Shown: positions 38,783 through 50,991, counted from the first letter of the whole stretch. The stretch is 63,171 nt of DNA, filler included, from Octopus bimaculoides (GCF_001194135.2; 5 parts of 4 records of this genome joined end to end with filler, not necessarily neighbours in it), one strand, 5' to 3'. The notes: a model not told the origin generated them from the letters alone. A program made the numbers and translations.

Positions 38783-39614
38783 TGCAAACAACTTGCAGAT
38801 GCAAGTGCTACGAGCTGAAAGCTCCGCTTACCGGATGCTAAGCCCGCCGAGGCGGGAGCCTTCCTCTCAAGGATATTATTGCACACCGACCTCCCCGTTT
38901 TCTCAGACGAGGCCCCGCTTGCTAGATCAACTGGTTACTAGGTTTCCGCTCAATATTCTTCTAGTCCCTGCTCATCGTTTCATTTTTAACCAAATCCAAC
39001 GGCTCGTTTTATCCGTTGTAGCCTGGATACCACCCATAATGGTAGTTGCTTTACGATGAATTTATGCCTAACGACAACAACAATAAATTCAGGCAGCGAT
39101 CTAGAAACAGCTTAGGGTTAGCGAACTTGATTGAGTATATGAAACAATCAGATACCTAGAAATCCAAACAGAATTCCTAATTTTGTATGACAAGTAGATA
39201 GATATACCGCTTAGAAGGAGAAAATCACATATTTGATTGATGATTGCACCATATATAACCAACGATCGTTTCTTTCGTACCAGCTTACTTAGATATAGAA
39301 GAAAAAAAAACTGTACAAATCAATATATCCGTAAATTTATCAAGGTAACCCAAAACGGGCTAAATTAAAGTGAATGGAGATAATATCTCTAATGCAGGAA
39401 CGCAAACAAAAATAACTTAAGAAGAGATATAATGTTCTATGAAAAACTAGTTTAGAATCTAAACTTCAGATGTCGCTAGTAGATAACGAAAGAATAAAAA
39501 ATAAACATAGAAATTCTACGCCACGACGTTTAGTTATCTAGGCATTAATATATGCTAAAAACTTAGAAAAATTATGCTTATTAGATTATAGGAAAAGCAA
39601 TTACGATAATGGCG

Positions 39615-39865
39615 TCATAAACTATTGAAATATTTAAATGTTTTTCTATATTTATGAGAAAATTTTAATGTGAGATTGTTTCGACAATTCAATAATTCTA
39701 ATTTTGAAGTAATTATATAATATATTTCCTCTGGGCAATCAGTACATTTAAAATTACCAGTATTGTACGAGGGAGCGTAACTAACAATTGCCCACTTTAT
39801 AGCGTAGTGAATGTTCCTGTTTTTCAAATCCGAAATGCATTTACGAAGATCCGTAAATGCATCTA
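39615..39865 (-). pseudogene. Penelope-like GIY-YIG endonuclease C-terminal fragment
   Basis: LRKCISDLKNRNIHYAIKWAIVSYAPSYNTGNFKCTDCPEEIYYII...LLNCRNNLTLKFSHK matches the PLE pattern LSKYIWxLK...W.I...A..Y....C.LC..EK..I...LLN.R.E...KCRH. Confidence 0.7.
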
Positions 39866-39869
39866 CGAA

Positions 39870-39985
39870 GATGCGTTCTGAGTTAAAATTCCGCCGAAGT
39901 CGACTTTGCCTTTCATCCTTTCGAGGTCGATAAATTAAGTACCAGTTACGCACTGGGTTCGATGTAATCGACTGTCCCCTCCGTT
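39870..39985 (+). mobile_element. SINE family B fragment
   Basis: CGTTCTGAGTTAAAATTCCGCCGAAGTCGACTTTGCCTTTCATCC...AAGTACCAGTT...GATGTAATCGAC, shared with about ten copies in the window. Confidence 0.8.
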
Positions 39986-40155
39986 CATATACAGGTACAT
40001 GTGTATTCGTCATTATTTAATTTATTTCATTCAAATGTAGGAAAATCGAAGTATGTCTTTGACAATCCCGGAGAGGATTCAACTTACCGTGGCGTGAGTT
40101 TTGGTCCGCTCAGTGTATGTATATATAGTTCTTTACACACACACACACATGATTA

Positions 40156-40310
40156 TTCTTGTATTTTGTTTCAGTCATTCGACGGCGGCCATGCTGGAGC
40201 ACCGCCTTTTAGTCGAACAAATCAACCCCAGGACTTATTGCTTGTAAGCCTAGTACTTAATCTAACGGGGCAGCTTTTGCCGAACCGCTAAGCTACGGGG
40301 GCGTAAACAC
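40156..40310 (-). mobile_element. SINE family A, 3' half
   Basis: CAGTCATTCGACGGCGGCCATGCTGGAGCACCGCC...GCCGAACCGCTAAG. Confidence 0.85.
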
Positions 40311-40460
40311 ACGTACGCTTGTACGTGTTTACACACAGAAAATTATGCACCAAGTTGAAAACAAAAAACAAATCTTTGAAACAATGGAAATAGTGGGGCA
40401 TGAAGTAAAACAGGGGGGACAAAATGAAAGTGAAAGTGTGCGCGCGCCTGTGCTACTCTA

Positions 40461-40606
40461 GCGTGTGGTTTACTGCAATAACCGTGGTCAAATGAAATGA
40501 CCTAATCGGGATTAATGTTAGGTTAGGTCAGGTCAGTTTAAGTTTAAAGTTAATGTGAGGGTTTAGCGCCAGGTTTATGAGTTTGGGTTACAGTTAAACT
40601 ACACGC
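40461..40606. mobile_element. 146-bp MITE with TA flanks and internal TTAGG-like degenerate repeats
   Basis: TA|GCGTGTGGTTTACTGC vs reverse complement of right end TA|GCGTGTAGTTTAACTG. Confidence 0.6.
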
Positions 40607-40639
40607 TAAAATGTAAATGTCCAGGTACATCGCACGTTA

Positions 40640-40860
40640 CGGTAACAACCATATATATATATGATAGATCGCTGACCACTACACATATTTTTCTCTCTCC
40701 TTGTTTCCCACCTTATTTCTTTCTGTGTTCTTTTCTGTTGAAGAGCGTAGCCTCGAAACGTTAAAGACTTTCTCTATTCCCGAGCGTTATACTAATACAT
40801 TCATTTGTTGTTTATACCACCTGTCTTCCTCTGTTGTTTTTTCGTGAATTTTCCCCTATA
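40640..40860 (+). mobile_element. Dispersed repeat, probable Penelope-type terminal repeat fragment
   Basis: Homologous to 23215-23370; carries a minimal hammerhead-like motif; pyrimidine-rich. Confidence 0.5.
40731..40767 (+). ncRNA. Minimal type I hammerhead-like motif, variant core CUGUUGA
   Basis: TTTT CTGTTGA A GAGC GTAG CCTC GAAA CG TT AAAG. Confidence 0.45.
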
Positions 40861-40866
40861 CACACG

Positions 40867-40910
<44 letters not shown>

Positions 40911-41616
40911 AAGAGAGAGAGAGAGAGAGAGAGGGGAGATAGATACGTGTGTGTGCGTGAGTGGGTGTGTAAGTTTTGCAATTTCATTGGTTAGCATCCG
41001 CTTACTTACAGTGTGATCAACTAGTCGTTGTCGGCCATTTTAAGATGAAAAACAAATATCGAACAGATATCAGTCAATTCTTCTTCATAGCTTGCTTCTT
41101 CTTCTTCTGGCAGAGAGAATTCTGAAAGTAATGGAAAAATAGTGTTAGGAATAGCGGTCATATTATTAAGATAGAAGAATTACGGTAAAAAAATTTAGCC
41201 ATATCTCAACCGACGTCGCTTCCAGTTTTGTCTTTTTCGACTTTACATCGATTTGTCCGACTTTTTACATCGATTTCTACGAACATATTTAAAAATATAA
41301 ATACATTAAAAAAAAGAAAACGCATTTTGAACACGTGGTGTGCGGTCTTACTGAATTTATACTATTATAGGAGAGATGATCTCTTCTAAGTTAAACTAAG
41401 TTGAGGAATTTACGTCAAAGAACAAAGAGTATACACATTAAATATTTTTTGTCTTGTTTTTGCACTCATTATTAAGTTCATAAGCGACCTATAGCGCTAT
41501 TTAATCCTGTTCTTCAATCGTCACAATGGCTTCTCTTGAGACATAAATTCAATTAAATTCAACATTCTACGAAGTTTCTTCTGACGAGAGAAAATAGTTT
41601 ATAGTTTAAGACGGCA

Positions 41617-41970
41617 TTCTTTTATTTGTTCCAGTTATTTGACTGCGGCCATGCTGGAGCACCGTCTTTAGGCGAACAAATCGACCCCAGCACTTATTCT
41701 TTGTAAGCCTAGTGCTTATTCTATCAGTCAATTTTGTCGAACCGCTAAGTTACGGGGACGTAAACACATCAGCATCGGTTGTCAAGCGATGGTGGGGGTA
41801 CAAACACATACACACGCACACAAACATATACATATACGACATGCTTCTTTCGGTTTCCGTCTACCGAGGCCATAGTAGAAGACACATGCTCAAGGTGCCA
41901 CGCATTGGGACTGAACCCGGAACTATGTGGTTGATAAGCAAGCTACTTACCATACAACCACGCCTGCGCA
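41617..41970 (-). mobile_element. SINE family A, near full length
   Basis: Head, central repeat and tail all present. Confidence 0.85.
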
Positions 41971-42955
41971 TTTTTGATATTTTTTCTTCCTAAGTCGGTA
42001 ACTGTTTANNNNNNNNNNNNNNNNNNNNNNNNNNNNNNNNNNNNNNNNNNNNNNNNNNNNNNNNNNNNNNNNNNNNNNNNNNNNNNNNNNNNNNNNNNNN
42101 NNNNNNNNNNNNNNNNNNNNNNNNNNNNNNNNNNNNNNNNNNNNNNNNNNNNNNNNNNNNNNNNNNNNNNNNNNNNNNNNNNNNNNNNNNNNNNNNNNNN
42201 NNNNNNNNNNNNNNNNNNNNNNNNNNNNNNNNNNNNNNNNNNNNNNNNNNNNNNNNNNNNNNNNNNNNNNNNNNNNNNNNNNNNNNNNNNNNNNNNNNNN
42301 NNNNNNNNNNNNNNNNNNNNNNNNNNNNNNNNNNNNNNNNNNNNNNNNNNNNNNNNNNNNNNNNNNNNNNNNNNNNNNNNNNNNNNNNNNNNNNNNNNNN
42401 NNNNNNNNNNNNNNNNNNNNNNNNNNNNNNNNNNNNNNNNNNNNNNNNNNNNNNNNNNNNNNNNNNNNNNNNNNNNNNNNNNNNNNNNNNNNNNNNNNNN
42501 NNNNNNNNNNNNNNNNNNNNNNNNNNNNNNNNNNNNNNNNNNNNNNNNNNNNNNNNNNNNNNNNNNNNNNNNNNNNNNNNNNNNNNNNNNNNNNNNNNNN
42601 NNNNNNNNNNNNNNNNNNNNNNNNNNNNNNNNNNNNNNNNNNNNNNNNNNNNNNNNNNNNNNNNNNNNNNNNNNNNNNNNNNNNNNNNNNNNNNNNNNNN
42701 NNNNNNNNNNNNNNNNNNNNNNNNNNNNNNNNNNNNNNNNNNNNNNNNNNNNNNNNNNNNNNNNNNNNNNNNNNNNNNNNNNNNNNNNNNNNNNNNNNNN
42801 NNNNNNNNNNNNNNNNNNNNNNNNNNNNNNNNNNNNNNNNNNNNNNNNNNNNNNNNNNNNNNNNNNNNNNNNNNNNNNNNNNNNNNNNNNNNNNNNNNNN
42901 NNNNNNNNNNNNNNNNNNNNNNNNNNNNNNNNNNNNNNNNNNNNNNNNNNNNNNN

Positions 42956-43002
<47 letters not shown>

Positions 43003-43324
43003 ATGTGTGTGTGTGTGTGTGTGTGTACATGTGTGTGTGTGAATGGTAGATACATTTTTCCTTTTGCTTTCCTCCGCTGTACACCTCACATTCCACGCAT
43101 ACCGGATGATGAAACGGAAGCAAAGCGAAATAAATGTTGGGAAAGCTACGAAATACCGTTGGATACGTAAAAATATCGATGCATTAAACACACACACACA
43201 CACACACATTATACATCACATATACAGATTTATACATATATGTTTATATACATACACATAAATATTCACTTACACGCATTCACGTANNNNNNNNNNCAAA
43301 ATACATATATTCATACACACACCC

Positions 43325-43367
<43 letters not shown>

Positions 43368-43885
43368 ATGCATCCTTATACTCACACATATACGCATGTA
43401 TGTATTATATTCATATATGGACGGATGAATGGATGAGCTGAGCTTAATTCCTTCAATGTAATATGAACTTACGATAGATTCTATAAAATAGTTATTATTG
43501 CTTAGCCCCTGGTCAGCCTGGACTCGTAAAGTCATAAGTATTTCAGAGAATAAACATCCTGGTTTTTGTTGTTGTTTTTTTCGTTCATTTTTTTACTTTT
43601 TCTTTTTAATCGTAGTGTATATATCGAGGCTTCATTGTTCAGTCTGTTTTAAAGGCGGCGACGTGAAATTGATGAGAGATTTGGTTTCTATATCTAGCAC
43701 AACGAACGACCACACCGGAGGTACAGTCGTTGGTTAGTTTATGTGGGTCGTCTGTTAGATAGGAAGAAGGAAGATAGTCGACATCTGTTCACATGGATAT
43801 ATGAACGAAAGAAATATGTATACACTTGCGTAACACCTCCACAAAAGTCTCTCTCTCTATATATACATACATATATATATATATA

Positions 43886-44228
43886 TTCTTTTATTCTTTT
43901 ACAAGTTTTAGTCATTTGACTGCGCTTTTGTCCGAAGAAAGCCGACACCAGGACTTATTCTTTGTAAACCTAGTACTTATTCTATCGCTTTCTTTCGCCG
44001 AATCGCTAAGTTACAAGGACATAAACACCACACACACACATATATATATATATATACATATATTCGGCGGGTTTCTTTCAATTTCCATCGACCAAATCCA
44101 TTCACAAGGCCTTGGTCGGCCCGCGGCTATAGCAGAAGACACCTGCCCAAGGTGTCACGAAGTGGGACTGAACACGGAAACATGTGGTTGGGAAGCAAGC
44201 TTCTTACCACACAGCCACGCCTGCGCCT
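43886..44228 (-). mobile_element. SINE family A, near full length
   Basis: Head GCGCAGGCGTGGCTGTGTGGTAAG through tail GCAGTCAAATGAC, with an internal deletion. Confidence 0.85.
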
Positions 44229-44615
44229 ATTTATATCTCCTCTACTATAGGCAAGAAGCTTGAAACCAGGAAGAGGGTCTAGACTAGTCGATTACATTGA
44301 CCCCAGTGGTCAACTGGTACTNNNNNNNNNNNNNNNNNNNNNNNNNNNNNNNNNNNNNNNNNNNNNNNNNNNNNNNNNNNNNNNNNNNNNNNNNNNNNNN
44401 NNNNNNNNNNNNNNNNNNNNNNNNNNNNNNNNNNNNNNNNNNNNNNNNNNNNNNNNNNNNNNNNNNNNNNNNNNNNNNNNNNNNNNNNNNNNNNNNNNNN
44501 NNNNNNNNNNNNNNNNNNNNNNNNNNNNNNNNNNNNNNNNNNNNNNNNNNNNNNNNNNNNNNNNNNNNNNNNNNNNNNNNNNNNNNNNNNNNNNNNNNNN
44601 NNNNNNNNNNNNNNN

Positions 44616-44830
44616 ACGGCCAAGCTGGGGCACCGCTTTGTAGGGTTTTAGTCGAACGAATTGACACAGTACACATTTCTTTTTGGTTTTTAGTTTCGTA
44701 CTTATTCTATCAATTCTTTTGCCGAACCGTTAAATGACGGGGACGTAAACAAACTAACACCGATTGCCAAGCGGTGGCGAGAGGATAAACACAAAGGCAC
44801 ACACACACACACACGACGGACTTTCACACA
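44616..44830 (-). mobile_element. SINE family A, 3' half
   Basis: GGCCAAGCTGGGGCACCGC...GCCGAACCGTTAAATGACGGGGACGTAAAC. Confidence 0.75.
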
Positions 44831-45212
44831 ATTCGTCACGTTGTTGGACAAATATAAAAGCTTAAAATCATTTAATTACATTGAACACGGCAATGTGTCC
44901 GCTGTTCCGCCTTGTTTTTCTTTCTTCTTTTTTTTTTGATTTTTTTTTTTGTTTTTTTGTTTTTTACAGCCTTCACAGTCCTAACCCCACGATAAACACT
45001 GCACCAGATGTTTTGCAACGTAGTGTCAGATAAGAAAAAAAAAGAAAAAGCGAACAACATTTTAGCCGGATTTGCAATCGAACCCTCTTCGCGAGTGAAT
45101 CCGTTTGCAATGTCCGTCATTCTTATCATCCACGCTATAAACTCTTACGTCAACAATTCATAAGGTTTGAATATATTGCTATATAATATTCACAGAAGAG
45201 AGCAACATATAA

Positions 45213-45668
45213 GCGCAGGAGTGGTTGCGTAGTAAGAAGCTTGCCTCTGGGTTCAGTCCCCTGGCTTTCACGTCCACAAAGCACTTAGCTTTGGTGTCTG
45301 ATGAGACGCTGTAAAGCTAAGCGCTTTATCGGAGGGATCCTTATATACGAGGGCTTCCTGAAAAGTTCCTGGTTTTGGGTAAAAGAAAATACAGAAGGAT
45401 CGGTTAATTATGATTTTATTCAAAATATTCCCTTCTCAGATTCACACACTTATTGCAGCGGTCGTTCAGTCTTTCTAAGCTCTGTAAAAAGAACTCGGAA
45501 GGTTGGGCCTTCAACCAGGCCTTTCACAATACCCTTAAAGGCAGAAACTTTGCATCATCTCCTAGTACGTATATGTGCGAGTGTATGTGTGTGTATCCCA
45601 CACCACCGCTTGACAGCCGGTGCTGGTGTGCTTACGTCTAATGACTGATACAAGTAAAAAGATAAAAG
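45213..45668 (+). mobile_element. SINE family A copy, internally deleted and interrupted by a hairpin and a mariner MITE
   Basis: Head at 45213-45260; tail pieces CCGCTTGACAGCCGGTGCTGGTGTG and TGACTGATACAAGTAAAAAG at 45605-45668. Confidence 0.7.
45348..45565. mobile_element. 218-bp mariner-derived MITE, TA target
   Basis: TA|CGAGGGCTTCCTGAAAAGTTCCTGG vs reverse complement of right end TA|CTAGGAGATGATGCAAAGTTTCTGC; TIR resembles the mariner end at 62139. Confidence 0.75.
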
Positions 45669-45955
45669 GATCAGCTGACAAATGCCGAATCTAGAGATGA
45701 AAGAACAGGAAATAAGTGACAGTACTGAAGTATCCCAATTATTCTTCTATTTCTTAGAAATATATGGTAATTGCGAAGCTGTTTCCTAAGTGGATACTTT
45801 CTAAATAAATAACGGTATCTCATCAATTGGATATCAGCATAACGTGACCTTTAGCTTACTGATAGAACCGTTATTGTTCAGGTGAATGAAGTCTGACTTT
45901 CAAATTCGTCACACATAAAAATATTTTTCTCGCCTACGTCCAACTTATAAACAAA

Positions 45956-45986
<31 letters not shown>

Positions 45987-45997
45987 TATATATATAC

Positions 45998-46060
<63 letters not shown>

Positions 46061-46178
46061 TATATATATATATATTAATAGTAATGGTAAGACAACAAAA
46101 GAATGGAAGAGACCTCGATATTATGTAAATAGAGGAATTTATCTGTAATATAATATGTGATAATTATTCGGTTGCCAT

Positions 46179-46239
46179 AATAAAACTCCGAGTTTCGGAT
46201 GTCGGGGCGGAAAGCTGCACTGGCATCTCTTCAGTTATC
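46179..46239 (-). ncRNA. Type I hammerhead ribozyme motif (core intact, stem II decayed)
   Basis: GATAA CTGAAGA GATGCC...GACATCC GAAA CTC G GAG TT TTATT: 5-bp stem I, ACTC/GAGT stem III, GUU cleavage triplet. Confidence 0.65.
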
Positions 46240-46568
46240 GAGGCAATCAAAATATGCATATGAAGAGATGCCGGTGCAGGTTCCCGCCCTGAAACTCGTT
46301 GTACTATACTTTGACAATTTTTGATATCTTGGCATCTGAAGCAGCTGGAGATACGATAGTTTGACCAAAAGAACCGGCTATTGCATGCAAAAATAAATAT
46401 TGAAAAAAAACCCCCAAAAACGCATTTGGTCAAATTTGGACATACGGCAGTTTAACATAATAGCAACGNNNNNNNNNNNNNNNNNNNNNNNNNNNNNNNN
46501 NNNNNNNNNNNNTTAATTAATTAANNNNNNNNNNNNNNNNNNNNNNNNNNNNNNNNNNNNNNNNNNNN

Positions 46569-46642
<74 letters not shown>

Positions 46643-47369
46643 AAGTATGTATTCTAAGACTTGAAAACGTGAAATCCTATAGTTTGCACCGACCTTCTCC
46701 CTCCAGGTTAAATCTTTACCTAAGTTATTTTTTTAAATTCTGAAATCAAATATTCCGCAACATCATAAATACTATTCTATTTTTAATAAATCATCAGTGA
46801 AAATCTCTTACTCCACTAGACGTAGGATCCATAAAAGCCTCTCTAAACAGACGTAAACTCCAACGTCAGTCTGCTACACGCCCACATTCTGATATTGCAC
46901 CTCATATTAGTCCAGACAATAGCAACAACACAACCAATAACAACCTTCCTACATTTACTAAATTGAACCCAGTATCCCACAACCCTATCTGTAAGACAAT
47001 AAATTTTAATTCCAACAAAACAACCCCAATCTAATATTAATATAGACGATATTGCTAGTCCTCACCTACTATCGGCAGGCCGATCAGGTTCAACCTACGG
47101 TGGAAGAAAGAGATAAGGACACTGTAATCGTTGCACTCCTAACTCATGCCCGCTTGGGGGGTTTTGTCTACGCAAAAATGTGATTTACATATGTCGTGTA
47201 ATAACACCAGGTACACACCAAGCAAAAGCCTATATTGACAGTACTATAGATATTAAGCGTCGTCATCGAGCACATTTAAATTCCTTCACTAAGCCAAAAT
47301 CCCAATTTTTCCCCCTCATTAACAACATGCATACATAATTTCAAGTTATAAAATATACAATACACACTA

Positions 47370-48144
47370 TCCTGGTCCATAGATTTGTTGTATTTTCTGA
47401 CAGTGGACGAATGAGGGTCTGGAGACTGTGATGAAGAATTTGATGTATAAAACGTGCAGCCAAAGATTAAACATGGCGGCTATTCTGTGATGGTCTGGGG
47501 AACAATTTGGAGCAACAATTGATCTGAGCTGGTGGAGTGTGAGGGACACATAAACTAAGATAGATATATGTCCACATTGCAGAAAGGACTCCTTCCAATC
47601 TTCTCCAGTGATGGAATGATTAAAGAAGACTATTTAAGGAAGATGTGGCTCCTTGTCACATGGCTAAAATGACCCAAGATTTGTTGGAAGAGAATGGCAT
47701 TAAAAAGCTTCCATGGCCAAGCCAGTCACCAGATATGAACCCTATTGAACATCTCTGGGACCTAATGGAGAGGACACTTTGTAAAAAGAAAAAGAAAGCA
47801 TCTTCAAAGCCAGATCTTTTGAGATTACTGCATGAAACTTAGCAAGAAATTCCGCAAGAGAATATTCTTCATCTAATCATTAACGTGCCAAATAGGGTCT
47901 TGCATTTAAAAATGCAAAGAGCATGTCTAGTAAATATTAAATATTTACATTATAGCAATTGATAAATAATTTGATTGTATAATTTTATGTCTGTGCATAT
48001 TGTCAATATAGTTTTAATGTGTTTATATATCCATGTATTTATATATTTTTAATGTACTGACAAATCTATGTATTTTTACTATATCTATATATTTTTGATA
48101 TGTTTGATGTATTAAATATATCTATAACAGTTCGTGCATAGTGG
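47370..48144 (+). mobile_element. Tc1 transposon 3' portion, transposase pseudogene
   Basis: RFVVFSDSGRMRVWR, KHGGYSVMVWG, APCHMAK, KLPWPSQSPDMNPIEHLW; probable right TIR ending ...CGTGCATAGTGG|TA. Confidence 0.85.
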
Positions 48145-48295
48145 TACAGGGGTGGCTGCGTGGTAACCACATGGTTCCGGGTTCAGTCCCACTACGTAGC
48201 ACCTTGGGAAAGTGTCTTCTACTATACCATCGGGCCGACTAACAATTTGTGACAGGATTTGGTTGGCAGACAGAAACTGAAAGAAGCCCATCGTG

Positions 48296-48298
<3 letters not shown>
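48145..48298 (+). mobile_element. SINE family A, 5' half
   Basis: GTGGCTGCGTGGTAA...GGGTTCAGTCCCACT...GAAACTGAAAGAAGCCC. Confidence 0.8.
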
Positions 48299-48332
<34 letters not shown>

Positions 48333-49100
48333 ATATATATATGTATATATATATATGTATNNNNNNNNNNNNNNNNNNNNNNNNNNNNNNNNNNNNNNNN
48401 NNNNNNNNNNNNNNNNNNNNNNNNNNNNNNNNNNNNNNNNNNNNNNNNNNNNNNNNNNNNNNNNNNNNNNNNNNNNNNNNNNNNNNNNNNNNNNNNNNNN
48501 NNNNNNNNNNNNNNNNNNNNNNNNNNNNNNNNNNNNNNNNNNNNNNNNNNNNNNNNNNNNNNNNNNNNNNNNNNNNNNNNNNNNNNNNNNNNNNNNNNNN
48601 NNNNNNNNNNNNNNNNNNNNNNNNNNNNNNNNNNNNNNNNNNNNNNNNNNNNNNNNNNNNNNNNNNNNNNNNNNNNNNNNNNNNNNNNNNNNNNNNNNNN
48701 NNNNNNNNNNNNNNNNNNNNNNNNNNNNNNNNNNNNNNNNNNNNNNNNNNNNNNNNNNNNNNNNNNNNNNNNNNNNNNNNNNNNNNNNNNNNNNNNNNNN
48801 NNNNNNNNNNNNNNNNNNNNNNNNNNNNNNNNNNNNNNNNNNNNNNNNNNNNNNNNNNNNNNNNNNNNNNNNNNNNNNNNNNNNNNNNNNNNNNNNNNNN
48901 NNNNNNNNNNNNNNNNNNNNNNNNNNNNNNNNNNNNNNNNNNNNNNNNNNNNNNNNNNNNNNNNNNNNNNNNNNNNNNNNNNNNNNNNNNNNNNNNNNNN
49001 NNNNNCAAGGAGGACGACGACGACGTTGAGGACGAGGAGGACGAGGAGGACGAGGAGTGACTGTTAGCTGTAATAGCAGGAGTAGCAGAGACTGTTGGTC

Positions 49101-49153
<53 letters not shown>

Positions 49154-49272
49154 TGTAGTAGTAGTAGTAGCAGCAGGGACCGTTGTTTGTAGTAATAGTA
49201 GTTATCACGGCGGTGGTGGTGGAGTTATAGAATTCTTTTCTTTTTCTTTTTGGATAACCAATATATGGTTTT

Positions 49273-49570
49273 AATGTTCCTGGCCCAGGATGTTTAAACT
49301 TGGTCCGAAATTTCTAATAAAATGCAACTCTTTGTTTTGACATTTGGTGAAAGTTGCGCTGTTATTGAATTGGTGAAGTGGGAAGGTTGTAAACTTTGGA
49401 TTCTTATTCAGTGTACATCTGTCTATGTGACCGCTGACAGGTATTTTCCTGTATTCAGGATTCCTAATTTGGGATTTATATACTGCCATCCTTTTTCGTA
49501 GACTGTTTTTTGTATGGCCTATATATTGCCTATTGCATCCTGCGCATATTATCACATAAATTTAAGTTTC
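49273..49570 (-). pseudogene. Penelope-like GIY-YIG endonuclease fragment
   Basis: IICAGCNRQYIGHTKNSLRKRM...SGHIDRC...KELHFIRNFGPSLN: CxxC-YIG, conserved R, H, E and LN motifs of PLE endonucleases. Confidence 0.85.
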
Positions 49571-49656
49571 TTAACCATATATTGGTTAACCATATATTGG
49601 TTATCCAAAAAAGGAAAAAAAGAATTCTACAACTCCACCACTACCGCCACGATAAG

Positions 49657-49720
<64 letters not shown>

Positions 49721-49811
49721 ACTGCTGCTGCTGCTACTGCTGCAGCTGCTGCTTCCTCTACTACTACGCATGCACATTGTTTGTTTTTTATTTTCTCCAC
49801 TACATAATATA

Positions 49812-50942
49812 GTAGGGTCGGTTGGGCACCGTCTGTGAGAAAAACAACGCCATGACACACCAAAAACTTGGAAACAACATACTGCACTGCTTGGCATTCG
49901 CACCGGAAGCTCTAATTCGAACATATCAGAGTGTTTGTTTGTCAATCTGAGGACAGCGCAGAGTCGGATGAGTCTAATCGTGACTATGGAGGTGTGACAG
50001 CTCGCAAAACTCACTCTGATCGTCCTGAAAAGAAAAGAACGCCTCAAGTTTTGATGAGATCCGGGCCATGATTGACAACGTTCCCTCCATCGCCAGGGAT
50101 ATGAGAGTGTCTGAGTTTCGTATCAGGTACATGAAAACGCATACAAAATGAGAAAGGGTTAATTTTTTCTCGGTCTTGAAAGACAAGAAGAGACACCGGC
50201 ATACAAAGCTTTTGAACAAACTCAATTATCCCCTCCAACCGAACATGCTTTGGTTTTTCTCAGACGAGAAACATTTCTGCCAGTATCAGATAGTGACCAC
50301 ACAGAACAAACGTCGGCATGTACCGAGAGTGATAAAAATCTAACATCCAGTTAAGATCATGGCGTTTGGAGTGAACACTAGTGACGGCAACGTTATGTCT
50401 CCATTCACCTTCCCACAGGGCCTCAGAATCACCATGGAGGCCTACATCAAGTGTCTGGACGAGGTAGTGATACCCAGGGTTAACAGGGTGCCTGCTGGAA
50501 GATCCTATGTCTGGCAACAAGACACTGCATCATGCCACACGAGCAGGAGAACGGTCATGGCAGTCAGACAATTTCTGCGACCACACCAACCCCAACATCT
50601 GGCAACCAAACTCCCCAGACTGCAACATCCTTGATTACTATGTGTGGGGCGCAGTTGAGCAAAAGACCAACAAGACTCCCTCTAACACCAACGATGAAAT
50701 GAAGGCAAGCATTATAACAGGATTCACCAACTTAAAAAGGTGACCATCCAGGAGAGTTGCAGGAGATTCCGAAGTTGTCTGGAGACCGTGGTTGAAGCCG
50801 ATGGCGATTTTATTTAATAAACTTAATCTTTAGCATTTCAAGATATTTTTATGTAACTTTGGTAAATATATCTGCTAAAATGAGATGTCAATGGTATTTT
50901 TAGATTTGTGTAATTTAGACGACAGTTTATTCACAGCACCTT

Positions 50943-50944
<2 letters not shown>
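49812..50944 (+). mobile_element. maT (DD37D) Tc1/mariner element, defective
   Basis: ATG at 49852; WFFSDEK, WQQDTASCH, WQPNSPDCNILDYYVWG. D-to-D spacing is about 37 once a small frameshift deletion is corrected. Right end resembles a TIR; left end is degenerate. Confidence 0.88.

Positions 50945-50991
<47 letters not shown>

Noticed and set aside
40515-40590. TTAGG-like repeats as an interstitial telomere
   Set aside because: Short, degenerate and enclosed by MITE TIRs.
45296-45320. CTGATGAG as a hammerhead core
   Set aside because: No GAAA box; fully explained as the apex of a simple hairpin.
47340-47385. Apparent AG acceptor before the second Tc1 coding region (a second intron?)
   Set aside because: Better explained as W-S-[D-E-S deleted]-R-F coding sequence.
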